A DNA stretch of 64,000 nucleotides from Balanoglossus misakiensis (Eukaryota > Animalia > Hemichordata): positions 19,132,303 through 19,196,302 of the forward strand of contig CM082577.2 in assembly GCA_040954595.2 (NCBI GenBank), in the 5' to 3' direction. How positions within the stretch are numbered: the stretch's first letter is position 1; every line of letters starts with the position of its first letter. The position numbers and the translations under genes are program-made. Positions 31,392 to 48,236 of the stretch are shown here, in pieces. Under the pieces are notes generated by a model that was not told where the DNA came from, ran no database searches, and saw only the letters and a list, made by a program, of their open reading frames with translations.

Positions 31392-32939
31392 AGTCATCGT
31401 CATCGTCGTGTCGTGTCACAATCATTATTTTGGACATATGCTTACTGTGTGATGAAAGGTGAGAGCGCAGTCAAAAGGTCGGGCTGAATAATACAGAGAC
31501 TCTGAAAATATTGTACCTTATTCTTATCAAACACGTTGATGGATATTTTGACAATTGTGACATGTGAACATTTACAAAAAAATGAAATAAATTTGCTTCA
31601 AACTCATTGGCAAAACAAGGACATGGAGTTGCTGTATATTTGTTATTATTGTGATATATAGGTGAGAAATATATTGGAAAATGTCTTCATTACAAAAATA
31701 TGTCGTGAAATTATTGACTAGCAAGAACCATGTGTATATGTATGGCCAAGGGGAAATTTTTAACTTCTAGTTCTGAACATTAACGTTATTGCGCAGGCTA
31801 CTGTAACCACATTCAAATAATACATACAATTTTCTGTTGCACCAGTGCTTTGACCTTACAGTAATTAATTACTACTACACAGGTCAGGAACACTGAGAAG
31901 GCGGCCTTAAATTATGCATTTGGTATTGGTACATTTCGGATATATCTAAATTGTACCAATTTTAGTCTAGAAATATGTATACCTTAGGTAGCTTTTGTTT
32001 TCAAACAAATGGTTCATTAGGTATACCTAAATTATGGTTCATTTGGTATACCTATTTATGGCAAAACGACCAAATCCAAGATTTTTTTTCCAACCGAATG
32101 AGGCATTTCAGGAATACCTAAATAGTACCTTTTCAATCAAAAAAGTATACTTTTGGTATACCAATTAGTAAATTTAAAGACCAAATCTGGACTACCTAAG
32201 GTAGCCCTTTTTCAAAGCAATAGGTACATTTTAAGTATACCTAAATAGTACCTATTTAGTCCGGGAAAGTATACCTTAGGTATATTTCTAGTGTACTAGA
32301 ATTTCGTAAGGGTGTTCCTGCACACCACCCTATTGCTGCACAATTCCTGCACAGGCTACCCTATTGCTGCACAGTTCCTGCACAGGCCATCTTACTACTG
32401 CACAGTTCTTGCAGACTGTCCTATTCCTGCACAGTTACTGCTTGCCTTGTTCCTGCACTAGTGCAGCAACACCTCATTTGCATGCGAAAAAGTCGCCTTG
32501 CAGCAGAGCTGCAGCAACTTTCTATTGCACCGGTGCTGCAACCTTGTGGTATTGCTACTGCACCAGTGCAGCAACACTGTGCAGGAGGCCTTAAATTTTC
32601 ATAAGGGCTATAGGTATGCACATAATTAATGATGTTTGAATATGATACTAGAAATGTACAGTACACTGATACACTGATCAGCTGACCTTTTGTTTACGCA
32701 TACGCCATTGCTCCGTTCTCGATCTGTCTCCGAGTCTGAATTTTTCGCACCTATAGATTTTAAAGATTTTTGAAGTCTGCAAATTCACTGGCATTGACAA
32801 AACTATAACATAATAAGTATAATGTACGCCCCATAATGTACTCGGCATTCGCCTCGCACATTATGTTGCACAATGTGTGCTTTCGTCCATTATGGGTCTT
32901 CGGGGCGTACATTATTCTCTAACCAATGATCATTGCTCA

Positions 32940-33418
<479 letters not shown>

Positions 33419-33603
33419 CTGTTGAGGGTAAAGTAGAGAACACATCGTCAAGTGATTTGGCTTACAGACTGACCAACACACACGTGGACAAGGGTGTTAT
33501 GTCCATGAAAATCTACCTAAATATGTACATTCGCAATGGCAAAATTCATGAATGTTCCTGCAAACATCTTCAAAGAGCTACCTTGACTACCCAGTGACAT
33601 TAA

Positions 33604-34236
33604 CCCTTTGAACCTCGCTCGGAGGTTTACCGCCGCAGGATGACCTTTTGACCCCTAATTTTTCAATATGCTGACGTCAAGGCATTTTCCCGCCGACATT
33701 GTAAATCCAGCCATATGAAAGCAAGTTAGAAAGCTAGGGGACCCTAATGTGACCTTCCAAATGACTTGAAATCGATTCCTATGCGAGCGACTACATAAAA
33801 AATAGTGATATCCAAGCAGCGATTTTTAGCGAAAGTTGACAGAGATTTAAAAATTGCGACCCGACGACAGTTACGCAATGATCCATTGCAAGACGAGGAT
33901 GCTTTCTGGGCTCATTTTGACCGAGTACTAGTAGATAGTAGCTCAGAAAGTGAAGATGAAGAACAAGACCAGCCTGACATCGTTACGGACCAAGATGGTG
34001 ACCCCAACCGCGCGAACGATGAAGAAGAATTTGAGCTAGAGCCCGCGATCCAGCCACCCCCACCAGTTCGGCAACGAGTGAGAAGACTGCCCCGAGCCCG
34101 CGAAGTAAACCCACCACCTATGATATGGCAGGACAACATAATAAACGGTAGGCAGGCTCCCATTTATAATCAACGACGTGGACCGACGAGACAAATGCCA
34201 GCTGACAGTACACCATTAGATTATTTTCGGACATAA
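33604..34236 (+). mobile_element. piggyBac 5' fragment (U11)
   Basis: ELE allele copy. Confidence 0.78.
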
Positions 34237-35784
34237 AGTCATCGTCATCGTCGTGTCGTGTCACAATCATTATTTTGGACATATGCTTACTGTGTGATGA
34301 AAGGTGAGAGCGCAGTCAAAAGGTCGGGCTGAATAATACAGAGACTCTGAAAATATTGTACCTTATTCTTATCAAACACGTTGATGGATATTTTGACAAT
34401 TGTGACATGTGAACATTTACAAAAAAATGAAATAAATTTGCTTCAAACTCATTGGCAAAACAAGGACATGGAGTTGCTGTATATTTGTTATTATTGTGAT
34501 ATATAGGTGAGAAATATATTGGAAAATGTCTTCATTACAAAAATATGTCGTGAAATTATTGACTAGCAAGAACCATGTGTATATGTATGGCCAAGGGGAA
34601 ATTTTTAACTTCTAGTTCTGAACATTAACGTTATTGCGCAGGCTACTGTAACCACATTCAAATAATACATACAATTTTCTGTTGCACCAGTGCTTTGACC
34701 TTACAGTAATTAATTACTACTACACAGGTCAGGAACACTGAGAAGGCGGCCTTAAATTATGCATTTGGTATTGGTACATTTCGGATATATCTAAATTGTA
34801 CCAATTTTAGTCTAGAAATATGTATACCTTAGGTAGCTTTTGTTTTCAAACAAATGGTTCATTAGGTATACCTAAATTATGGTTCATTTGGTATACCTAT
34901 TTATGGCAAAACGACCAAATCCAAGATTTTTTTTCCAACCGAATGAGGCATTTCAGGAATACCTAAATAGTACCTTTTCAATCAAAAAAGTATACTTTTG
35001 GTATACCAATTAGTAAATTTAAAGACCAAATCTGGACTACCTAAGGTAGCCCTTTTTCAAAGCAATAGGTACATTTTAAGTATACCTAAATAGTACCTAT
35101 TTAGTCCGGGAAAGTATACCTTAGGTATATTTCTAGTGTACTAGAATTTCGTAAGGGTGTTCCTGCACACCACCCTATTGCTGCACAATTCCTGCACAGG
35201 CTACCCTATTGCTGCACAGTTCCTGCACAGGCCATCTTACTACTGCACAGTTCTTGCAGACTGTCCTATTCCTGCACAGTTACTGCTTGCCTTGTTCCTG
35301 CACTAGTGCAGCAACACCTCATTTGCATGCGAAAAAGTCGCCTTGCAGCAGAGCTGCAGCAACTTTCTATTGCACCGGTGCTGCAACCTTGTGGTATTGC
35401 TACTGCACCAGTGCAGCAACACTGTGCAGGAGGCCTTAAATTTTCATAAGGGCTATAGGTATGCACATAATTAATGATGTTTGAATATGATACTAGAAAT
35501 GTACAGTACACTGATACACTGATCAGCTGACCTTTTGTTTACGCATACGCCATTGCTCCGTTCTCGATCTGTCTCCGAGTCTGAATTTTTCGCACCTATA
35601 GATTTTAAAGATTTTTGAAGTCTGCAAATTCACTGGCATTGACAAAACTATAACATAACAAGTATAATGTACGCCCCATAATGTACTCGGCATTCGCCTC
35701 GCACATTATGTTGCACAATGTGTGCTTTCGTCCATTATGGGTCTTCGGGGCGTACATTATTCTCTAACCAATGATCATTGCTCA

Positions 35785-36263
<479 letters not shown>

Positions 36264-36448
36264 CTGTTGAGGGTAAAGTAGAGAACACATCGTCAAGTGA
36301 TTTGGCTTACAGACTGACCAACACACACGTGGACAAGGGTGTTATGTCCATGAAAATCTACCTAAATATGTACATTCGCAATGGCAGAATTCATGAATGT
36401 TCCTGCAAACATCTTCAAAGAGCTACCTTGACTACCCAGTGACATTAA

Positions 36449-37081
36449 CCCTTTGAACCTCGCTCGGAGGTTTACCGCCGCAGGATGACCTTTTGACCCC
36501 TAATTTTTCAATATGCTGACGTCAAGGCATTTTCCCGCCGACATTGTAAATCCAGCCATATGAAAGCAAGTTAGAAAGCTAGGGGACCCTAATGTGACCT
36601 TCCAAATGACTTGAAATCGATTCCTATGCGAGCGACTACATAAAAAATAGTGATATCCAAGCAGCGATTTTTAGCGAAAGTTGACAGAGATTTAAAAATT
36701 GCGACCCGACGACAGTTACGCAATGATCCATTGCAAGACGAGGATGCTTTCTGGGCTCATTTTGACCGAGTACTAGTAGATAGTAGCTCAGAAAGTGAAG
36801 ATGAAGAACAAGACCAGCCTGACATCGTTACGGACCAAGATGGTGACCCCAACCGCGCGAACGATGAAGAAGAATTTGAGCTAGAGCCCGCGATCCAGCC
36901 ACCCCCACCAGTTCGGCAACGAGTGAGAAGACTGCCCCGAGCCCGCGAAGTAAACCCACCACCTATGATATGGCAGGACAACATAATAAACGGTAGGCAG
37001 GCTCCCATTTATAATCAACGACGTGGACCGACGAGACAAATGCCAGCTGACAGTACACCATTAGATTATTTTCGGACATAA
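36449..37081 (+). mobile_element. piggyBac 5' fragment (U12)
   Basis: ELE allele copy. Confidence 0.78.
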
Positions 37082-37678
37082 AGTCATCGTCATCGTCATC
37101 GTCGTGTTGTGTCACAATCATTATTTTGGACATATGCTTACTGTGTGATGAAAGGTGAGAGCGCAGTCAAAAGGTCGGGCTGAATAATACAGAGACTCTG
37201 AAAATATTGTACCTTATTCTTATCAAACACGTTGATGGATATTTTGACAATTGTGACATGTGAACATTTACAAAAAAATGAAATAAATTTGCTTCAAACT
37301 CATTGGCAAAACAAGGACATGGAGTTGCTGTATATTTGTTATTATTGTGATATATAGGTGAGAAATATATTGGAAAATGTCTTCATTACAAAAATATGTC
37401 GTGAAATTATTGACTAGCAAGAACCATGTGTATATGTATGGCCAAGGGGAAATTTTTAACTTCTAGTTCTGAACATGAATTTTTCGCACCTATAGATTTT
37501 AAAGATTTTTGAAGTCTGCAAATTCACTGGCATTGACAAAACTATAATATAATAAGTATAATGTACGCCCCATAATGTACTCGGCATTCGCCTCGCACAT
37601 TATGTTGCACAATGTGTGCTTTCGTCCATTATGGGTCTTCGGGGCGTACATTATTCTCTAACCAATGATCATTGCTCA

Positions 37679-38157
<479 letters not shown>

Positions 38158-38336
38158 CTGTTGAGGGTAAAGTAGAGAACACAAGTGATTTGGCTTACAG
38201 ACTGACCAACACAGACGTGGACAAGGGTGTTATGTCCATGAAAATCTACCTAAATATGTACATTCGCAATGGCAGAATTCATGAATGTTCCTGCAAACAT
38301 CTTCAAAGAGCTACCTTGACTACCCAGTGACATTAA

Positions 38337-38969
38337 CCCTTTGAACCCCGCTCGGAGGTTTACCGCCGCAGGATGACCTTTTGACCCCTAATTTTTCAAT
38401 ATGCTGACGTCAAGGCATTTTCCCGCCGACATTGTAAATCCAGCCATATGAAAGCAAGTTAGAAAGCTAGGGGACCCTAATGTGACCTTCCAAATGACTT
38501 GAAATCGATTCCTATGCGAGCGACTACATAAAAAATAGTGATATCCAAGCAGCGATTTTTAGCGAAAGTTGACAGAGATTTAAAAATTGCGACCCGACGA
38601 CAGTTACGCAATGATCCATTGCAAGACGAGGATGCTTTCTGGGCTCATTTTGACCGAGTACTAGTAGATAGTAGCTCAGAAAGTGAAGATGAAGAACAAG
38701 ACCAGCCTGACATCGTTACGGACCAAGATGGTGACCCCAACCGCGCGAACGATGAAGAAGAATTTGAGCCAGAGCCCGCGATCCAGCTACCCCCACCAGT
38801 TCGGCAACGAGTGAGAACACTGCCCTGTGCCCGCGAAGGAAACCCACCACATATGATATGGCAGGGCAACATAATAAACGGTAGGTAGGCTCCTATTTAT
38901 AATCAACGACGTGGACCGACGAGACAAATGCCAGCTGACAGTACACCATTAGATTATTTTCGGACATAA
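38337..38969 (+). mobile_element. piggyBac 5' fragment (U13)
   Basis: Copy with premature TAG after IINGR. Confidence 0.78.
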
Positions 38970-39972
38970 AGTCATCGTCATCGTCGTGTCGTGTCACAAT
39001 CATTATTTTGGACATATGCTTACTGTGTGATGAAAGGTGAGAGCGCAGTCAAAAGGTCGGGCTGAATAATACAGAGACTCTGAAAATATTGTACCTTATT
39101 CTTATCAAACACGTTGATGGATATTTTGACAATTGTGACGTGAACATTTACAAAAAAATGAAATAAATTTGCTTCAAACTCTTTGGCAAAACAAGGACAT
39201 GGAGTTGCTGTATATTTGTTATTATTGTGATATATAGGTGAGAAATATATTGGAAAATGTCTTCATTACAAAAATATGTCGTGAAATTATTGACTAGCAA
39301 GAACCATGTGTATATGTATGGCCAAGGGGAAATTTTTAACTTCTAGTTCTGAACATTAAAGTTATTGCGCAGGCTACTGTAACCACATTCAAATAATACA
39401 TACAATTGTGATATATAGGTGAGAAATATATTGGAAAATGTCTTCATTACAAAAATATGTCGTGAAATTATTGACTAGCAAGAACCATGTGTATATGTAT
39501 GGCCAAGGGGAAATTTTTAACTTCTAGTTCTGAACATTAAAGTTATTGCGCAGGCTACTGTAACCACATTCAAATAATACATACAATTTTCTGTTACACC
39601 AGTGCTTTGACCTTACAGTAATTAATTACTACTACACAGGTCAGGAACACTGAGAAGGCGGCCTTAAATTATGCATTTGGTATTGGTACATTTCAAATAT
39701 ATCTAAATTGTACCAATTTTAGTCTAGAAATATGTATACCTTAGGTAGTTTTTGTTTTCAAACAAATGGTTCATTAGGTATACCTAAATTATGGTTCATT
39801 TGGTATACCTATTTATGGCAAAACGACCAAATCCAAGATTTTTTTTCCAACCTATTGAGGCATTTCAGGAATACCTAAATAGTACCTTTTCAATCGAAAA
39901 AGTATACTTTTGGTATACCAATTAGTAAATTTAAAGACCAAATCTGGACTACCTAAGGTAGCCCTTTTTTAA

Positions 39973-40767
39973 GATGGGTCCCCGGGATCTTTTTGCCCGT
40001 TGCTATGGGCCTTTATAGGACACTACACTCAATTTTGATCGAAACCGTTATGAACGTCCGACAAGGGGCTTGTAACTAGTTAAAAATACACACGATTGTG
40101 TGCACACCCCCTGTCCGAGTATGTTTACGGCAGCTACCGCCCGGCCATAGGCCGCCACGCTAATACGGCAAAGCAGCGGTCAGTGATAGCGTGCGCGTCC
40201 TGTAACCACAGTAACTGGATCGAACACTAAAAATCCAATGTTTTGTACAAAGAGATTTTGTACCGTTCACGAAAGTCCCTAAGGCTTTTTTCATAGGCCA
40301 CGTACGCCAGTCAAATTTGATCTGCTTGTTGAGAACGCACTTCCGCACAGTGTGACGGATCGTTTTTTCGGTTTTCGTCGTGCTAAGAAGCGATACCGGT
40401 GGAAGAGTGCGTCCAGAAACACCCAAAATCGATGACTTTTTCTGGTGTGGTACGGGTATGCTGAAATCGTAGGATACAACGATAATATTTGAAAACAAAA
40501 TCCGTCACGATCTTCCCTGGTTCAAGCAACTAATGAATACGTATCAAGTTCGTTTTTGAGGTCACGGAATAAAAAGCCTTAGGCTTTTGAAATTTGACCT
40601 AGCTAATTTGCATATCAATGGCGTCAGAGGGCGCGCGCTCACAATCGTGCAGATTTTCAACTAGTTACCAGCCCCTTGTTAGACTCTGAAAACGGCTTAG
40701 TCCAAATCGGGGTGTAATGTCCTGTAAAGGCCAATAGCAACGGGCAAAAAGATCCCGGGGACCCATC
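39973..40767. mobile_element. MITE-795 copy (U13)
   Basis: Same TIRs, TSD and site. Confidence 0.9.
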
Positions 40768-41494
40768 TTAAAGCAATAGGTACATTTTAAGTATACCTAA
40801 ATAGTACCTATTTAGTCCGGGAAAGTATACCTTAGGTATATTTCTAGTGTACTAGAATTTCGTAAGGGTGTTCCTGCACACCACCCTATTGCTGCACAAT
40901 TCCTGCACAGGCTACCCTATTGCTGCACAGTTCCTGCACACAGGCCATCTTACTACTGCACAGTTCTTGCAGACTGTCCTATTCCTGCACAGTTACCGCT
41001 TGCCTTGTTCCTGCACTAGTGCAGCAACACCTCATTTGCATGCGAAAAAGTCGCCTTGCAGCAGAGCTGCAGCAACTTTCTATTGCACCGGTGCTGCAAC
41101 CTTGTGGTATTGCTACTGCACCAGTGCAGCAACACTGTGCAGGAGGCCTTAAATTTTCATAAGGGATATAGGTATGCACATAATTAATGTTTGAATATGA
41201 TACTAGAAATGTACAGTACACTGATACACTGATCAGCTGACCTTTTGTTTACGCATACGCCATTGCTCCGTTCTCGATCTGTCTGCGAGTCTGAATTTTT
41301 CGCACCTATAGATTTTAAAGATTTTTGAAGTCTGCAAATTCACTGGCATTGACAAAACTATAACATAATAAGTATAATGTACGCCCCATAATGTACTCGG
41401 CATTCGCCTCGCACATTATGTTGCACAATGTGTGCTTTCGTCCATTATGGGTCTTCGGGGCGTACATTATTCTCTAACCAATGATCATTGCTCA

Positions 41495-41973
<479 letters not shown>

Positions 41974-42152
41974 CTGTTGAGGGTAAAGTAGAGAACACAA
42001 GTGATTTGGCTTACAGACTGACCAACACAGACGTGGGCAAGGGTGTTATGTCCATGAAAATCTACCTAAATATGTACATTCGCAATGGCAGAATTCATGA
42101 ATGTTCCTGCAAACATCTTCAAAGAGCTACCTTGACTACCCAGTGACATTAA

Positions 42153-42785
42153 CCCTTTGAACCCCGCTCGGAGGTTTACCGCCGCAGGATGACCTTTTGA
42201 CCCCTAATTTTTCAATATGCTGACGTCAAGGCATTTTCCCGCCGACATTGTAAATCCAGCCATATGAAAGCAAGTTAGAAAGCTAGGGGACCCTAATGTG
42301 ACCTTCCAAATGACTTGAAATCGATTCCTATGCGAGCGACTACATAAAATATAGTGATATCCAAGCAGCGATTTTTAGCGAAAGTTGACAGAGATTTAAA
42401 AATTGCGACCCGACGACAGTTACGCAATGATCCATTGCAAGACGAGGATGCTTTCTGGGCTCATTTTGACCGAGTACTAGTAGATAGTAGCTCAGAAAGT
42501 GAAGATGAAGAACAAGACCAGCCTGACATCGTTACGGACCAAGATGGTGACCCCAACCGCGCGAACGATGAAGAAGAATTTGAGCCAGAGCCCGCGATCC
42601 AGCTACCCCCACCAGTTCGGCAACGAGTGAGAACACTGCCCTGTGCCCGCGAAGGAAACCCACCACATATGATATGGCAGGGCAACATAATAAACGGTAG
42701 GCAGGCTCCTATTTATTATCAACGACGTGGACCGACGAGACAAATGCCAGCTGACAGTACACCATTAGATTATTTTCGGACATAA
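42153..42785 (+). mobile_element. piggyBac 5' fragment (U14)
   Basis: Copy of the U1 fragment. Confidence 0.78.
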
Positions 42786-43614
42786 AGTCATCGTCATCGT
42801 CGTGTCGTGTCGTGTCACAATCATTATTTTGGACATATGCTTACTGTGTGATGAAAGGTGAGAGCGCAGTCAAAAGGTCGGGCTGAATAATACAGAGACT
42901 CTGAAAATATTGTACCTTATTCTTATCAAACACGTTGATGGATATTTTGACAATTGTGACATGTGAACATTTACAAAAAAATGAAACAAATTTGCTTCAA
43001 ACTCATTGGCAAAACAAGGACATGGAGTTGCTGTATATTTGTTATTATTGTGATATATAGGTGAGAAATATATTGGAAAATGTCTTCATTACAAAAATAT
43101 GTCGTGAAATTATTGACTAGCAAGAACCATGTGTATATGTATGGCCAAGGGGAAATTTTTAACTTCTAGTTCTGAACATTAACGTTATTGCGCAGGCTAC
43201 TGTAACCACATTCAAATAATACATACAATTTTCTGTTGCACCAGTGCTTTGACCTTACAGTAATTAATTACTACTACACAGGTCAGGAACACTGAGAAGG
43301 CGGCCTTAAATTATGCATTTGGTATTGGTACATTTCGGATATATCTAAATTGTACCAATTTTAGTCTAGAAATATGTATACCTTAGGTAGCTTTTGTTTT
43401 CAAACAAATGGTTCATTAGGTATACCTAAATTATGGTTCATTTGGTATACCTATTTATGGCAAAACGACCAAATCCAAGATTTTTTTTCCAACCGAATGA
43501 GGCATTTCAGGAATACCTAAATAGTACCTTTTCAATCAAAAAAGTATACTTTTGGTATACCAATTAGTAAATTTAAAGACCAAATCTGGACTACCTAAGG
43601 TAGCCCTTTTTTAA

Positions 43615-44408
43615 GATGGGTCCCCGGGATCTTTTTGCCCGTTGCTATGGGCCTTTATAGGACACTACACTCAATTTTGATCGAAACCGTTATGAACGTC
43701 CGACAAGGGGCTTGTAACTAGTTAAAAATACACACGATTGTGTGCACACCCCCTGTCCGAGTATGTTTACGGCAGCTACCGCCCGGCCATAGGCCGCCAC
43801 GCTAATACGGCAAAGCAGCGGTCAGTGATAGCGTGCGCGTCCTGTAACCACAGTAACTGGATCGAACACTAAAAATCCAATGTTTTGTACAAAGAGATTT
43901 TGTACCGTTCACGAAAATCCCTAAGGCTTTTTTCATAGGCCACGTACGCCAGTCAAATTTGATCTGCTTGTTGAGAACGCACTTCCGCACAGTGTGACGG
44001 ATCGTTTTTTCGGTTTTCGTCGTGCTAAGAAGCGATACCGGTGGAAGAGTGCGTCCAGAAACACCCAAAATCGATGACTTTTTCTGGTGTGGTACGGGTA
44101 TGCTGAAATCGTAGGATACAACGATGATATTTGAAAACAAAATCCGTCACGATCTTCCCTGGTTCAAGCAACTAATGAATACGTATCAAGTTCGTTTTTG
44201 AAGTCACGGAATAAAAAGCCTTAGGCTTTTGAAATTTGACCTAGCTAATTTGCATATCAATGGCGTCAGAGGGCGCGCGCTCACAATCGTGCAGATTTTC
44301 AACTAGTTACCAGCCCCTTGTTAGACTCTGAAAACGGCTTAGTCCAAATCGGGGTGTAATGTCCTGTAAAGGCCAATAGCAACGGGCAAAAGATCCCGGG
44401 GACCCATC
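43615..44408. mobile_element. MITE-795 copy (U14), 1-bp deletion in right TIR
   Basis: Same TIRs, TSD and site. Confidence 0.9.
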
Positions 44409-45135
44409 TTAAAGCAATAGGTACATTTTAAGTATACCTAAATAGTACCTATTTAGTCCGGGAAAGTATACCTTAGGTATATTTCTAGTGTACTAGAATT
44501 TCGTAAGGGTGTTCCTGCACACCACCCTATTGCTGCACAATTCCTGCACAGGCTACCCTATTGCTGCACAGTTCCTGCACACAGGCCATCTTACTACTGC
44601 ACAGTTCTTGCAGACTGTCCTATTCCTGCACAGTTACCGCTTGCCTTGTTCCTGCACTAGTGCAGCAACACCTCATTTGCATGCGAAAAAGTCGCCTTGC
44701 AGCAGAGCTGCAGCAACTTTCTATTGCACCGGTGCTGCAACCTTGTGGTATTGCTACTGCACCAGTGCAGCAACACTGTGCAGGAGGCCTTAAATTTTCA
44801 TAAGGGATATAGGTATGCACATAATTAATGTTTGAATATGATACTAGAAATGTACAGTACACTGATACACTGATCAGCTGACCTTTTGTTTACGCATACG
44901 CCATTGCTCCGTTCTCGATCTGTCTGCGAGTCTGAATTTTTCGCATCTATAGATTTTAAAGATTTTTGAAGTCTGCAAATTCACTGGCATTGACAAAACT
45001 ATAACATAATAAGTATAATGTACGCCCCATAATGTACTCGGCATTCGCCTCGCACATTATGTTGCACAATGTGTGCTTTCGTCCATTATGGGTCTTCGGG
45101 GCGTACATTATTCTCTAACCAATGATCATTGCTCA

Positions 45136-45614
<479 letters not shown>

Positions 45615-45793
45615 CTGTTGAGGGTAAAGTAGAGAACACAAGTGATTTGGCTTACAGACTGACCAACACAGACGTGGACAAGGGTGTTATGTCCATGAAA
45701 ATCTACCTAAATATGTACATTCGCAATGGCAGAATTCATGAATGTTCCTGCAAACATCTTCAAAGAGCTACCTTGACTACCCAGTGACATTAA

Positions 45794-46426
45794 CCCTTTG
45801 AACCCCGCTCGGAGGTTTACCGCCGCAGGATGACCTTTTGACCCCTAATTTTTCAATATGCTGACGTCAAGGCATTTTCCCGCCGACATTGTAAATCCAG
45901 CCATATGAAAGCAAGTTAGAAAGCTAGGGGACCCTAATGTGACCTTCCAAATGACTTGAAATCGATTCCTATGCGAGCGACTACATAAAAAATAGTGATA
46001 TCCAAGCAGCGATTTTTAGCGAAAGTTGACAGAGATTTAAAAATTGCGACCCGACGACAGTTACGCAATGATCCATTGCAAGACGAGGATGCTTTCTGGG
46101 CTCATTTTGACCGAGTACTAGTAGATAGTAGCTCAGAAAGTGAAGATGAAGAACAAGACCAGCCTGACATCGTTACGGACCAAGATGGTGACCCCAACCG
46201 CGCGAACGATGAAGAAGAATTTGAGCCAGAGCCCGCGATCCAGCTACCCCCACCAGTTCGGCAACGAGTGAGAACACTGCCCTGTGCCCGCGAAGGAAAC
46301 CCACCACATATGATATGGCAGGGCAACATAATAAACGGTAGGTAGGCTCCTATTTATAATCAACGACGTGGACCGACGAGACAAATGCCAGCTGACAGTA
46401 CACCATTAGATTATTTTCGGACATAA
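45794..46426 (+). mobile_element. piggyBac 5' fragment (U15)
   Basis: Copy with premature TAG after IINGR. Confidence 0.78.
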
Positions 46427-47441
46427 AGTCATCGTCATCGTCGTGTCGTGTCGTGTCGTGTCACAATCATTATTTTGGACATATGCTTACTGTGTGATGA
46501 AAGGTGAGAGCGCAGTCAAAAGGTCGGGCTGAATAATACAGAGACTCTGAAAATATTGTACCTTATTCTTATCAAACACGTTGATGGATATTTTGACAAT
46601 TGTGACATGTGAACATTTACAAAAAAATGAAATAAATTTGCTTCAAACTCTTTGGCAAAACAAGGACATGGAGTTGCTGTATATTTGTTATTATTGTGAT
46701 ATATAGGTGAGAAATATATTGGAAAATGTCTTCATTACAAAAATATGTCGTGAAATTATTGACTAGCAAGAACCATGTGTATATGTATGGCCAAGGGGAA
46801 ATTTTTAACTTCTAGTTCTGAACATTAAAGTTATTGCGCAGGCTACTGTAACCACATTCAAATAATACATACAATTGTGATATATAGGTGAGAAATATAT
46901 TGGAAAATGTCTTCATTACAAAAATATGTCGTGAAATTATTGACTAGCAAGAACCATGTGTATATGTATGGCCAAGGGGAAATTTTTAACTTCTAGTTCT
47001 GAACATTAAAGTTATTGCGCAGGCTACTGTAACCACATTCAAATAATACATACAATTTTCTGTTACACCAGTGCTTTGACCTTACAGTAATTAATTACTA
47101 CTACACAGGTCAGGAACACTGAGAAGGCGGCCTTAAATTATGCATTTGGTATTGGTACATTTCAAATATATCTAAATTGTACCAATTTTAGTCTAGAAAT
47201 ATGTATACCTTAGGTAGCTTTTGTTTTCAAACAAATGGTTCATTAGGTATACCTAAATTATGGTTCATTTGGTATACCTATTTATGGCAAAACGACCAAA
47301 TCCAAGATTTTTTTTCCAACCTATTGAGGCATTTCAGGAATACCTAAATAGTACCTTTTCAATCGAAAAAGTATACTTTTGGTATACCAATTAGTAAATT
47401 TAAAGACCAAATCTGGACTACCTAAGGTAGCCCTTTTTTAA

Positions 47442-48236
47442 GATGGGTCCCCGGGATCTTTTTGCCCGTTGCTATGGGCCTTTATAGGACACTACACTCA
47501 ATTTTGATCGAAACCGTTATGAACGTCCGACAAGGGGCTTGTAACTAGTTAAAAATACACACGATTGTGTGCACACCCCCTGTCCGAGTATGTTTACGGC
47601 AGCTACCGCCCGGCCATAGGCCGCCACGCTAATACGGCAAAGCAGCGGTCAGTGATAGCGTGCGCGTCCTGTAACCACAGTAACTGGATCGAACACTAAA
47701 AATCCAATGTTTTGTACAAAGAGATTTTGTACCGTTCACGAAAATCCCTAAGGCTTTTTTCATAGGCCACGTACGCCAGTCAAATTTGATCTGCTTGTTG
47801 AGAACGCACTTCCGCACAGTGTGACGGATCGTTTTTTCGGTTTTCGTCGTGCTAAGAAGCGATACCGGTGGAAGAGTGCGTCCAGAAACACCCAAAATCG
47901 ATGACTTTTTCTGGTGTGGTACGGGTATGCTGAAATCGTAGGATACAACGATAATATTTGAAAACAAAATCCGTCACGATCTTCCCTGGTTCAAGCAACT
48001 AATGAATACGTATCAAGTTCGTTTTTGAGGTCACGGAATAAAAAGCCTTAGGCTTTTGAAATTTGACCTAGCTAATTTGCATATCAATGGCGTCAGAGGG
48101 CGCGCGCTCACAATCGTGCAGATTTTCAACTAGTTACCAGCCCCTTGTTAGACTCTGAAAACGGCTTAGTCCAAATCGGGGTGTAATGTCCTGTAAAGGC
48201 CAATAGCAACGGGCAAAAAGATCCCGGGGACCCATC
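47442..48236. mobile_element. MITE-795 copy (U15)
   Basis: Same TIRs, TSD and site. Confidence 0.9.
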
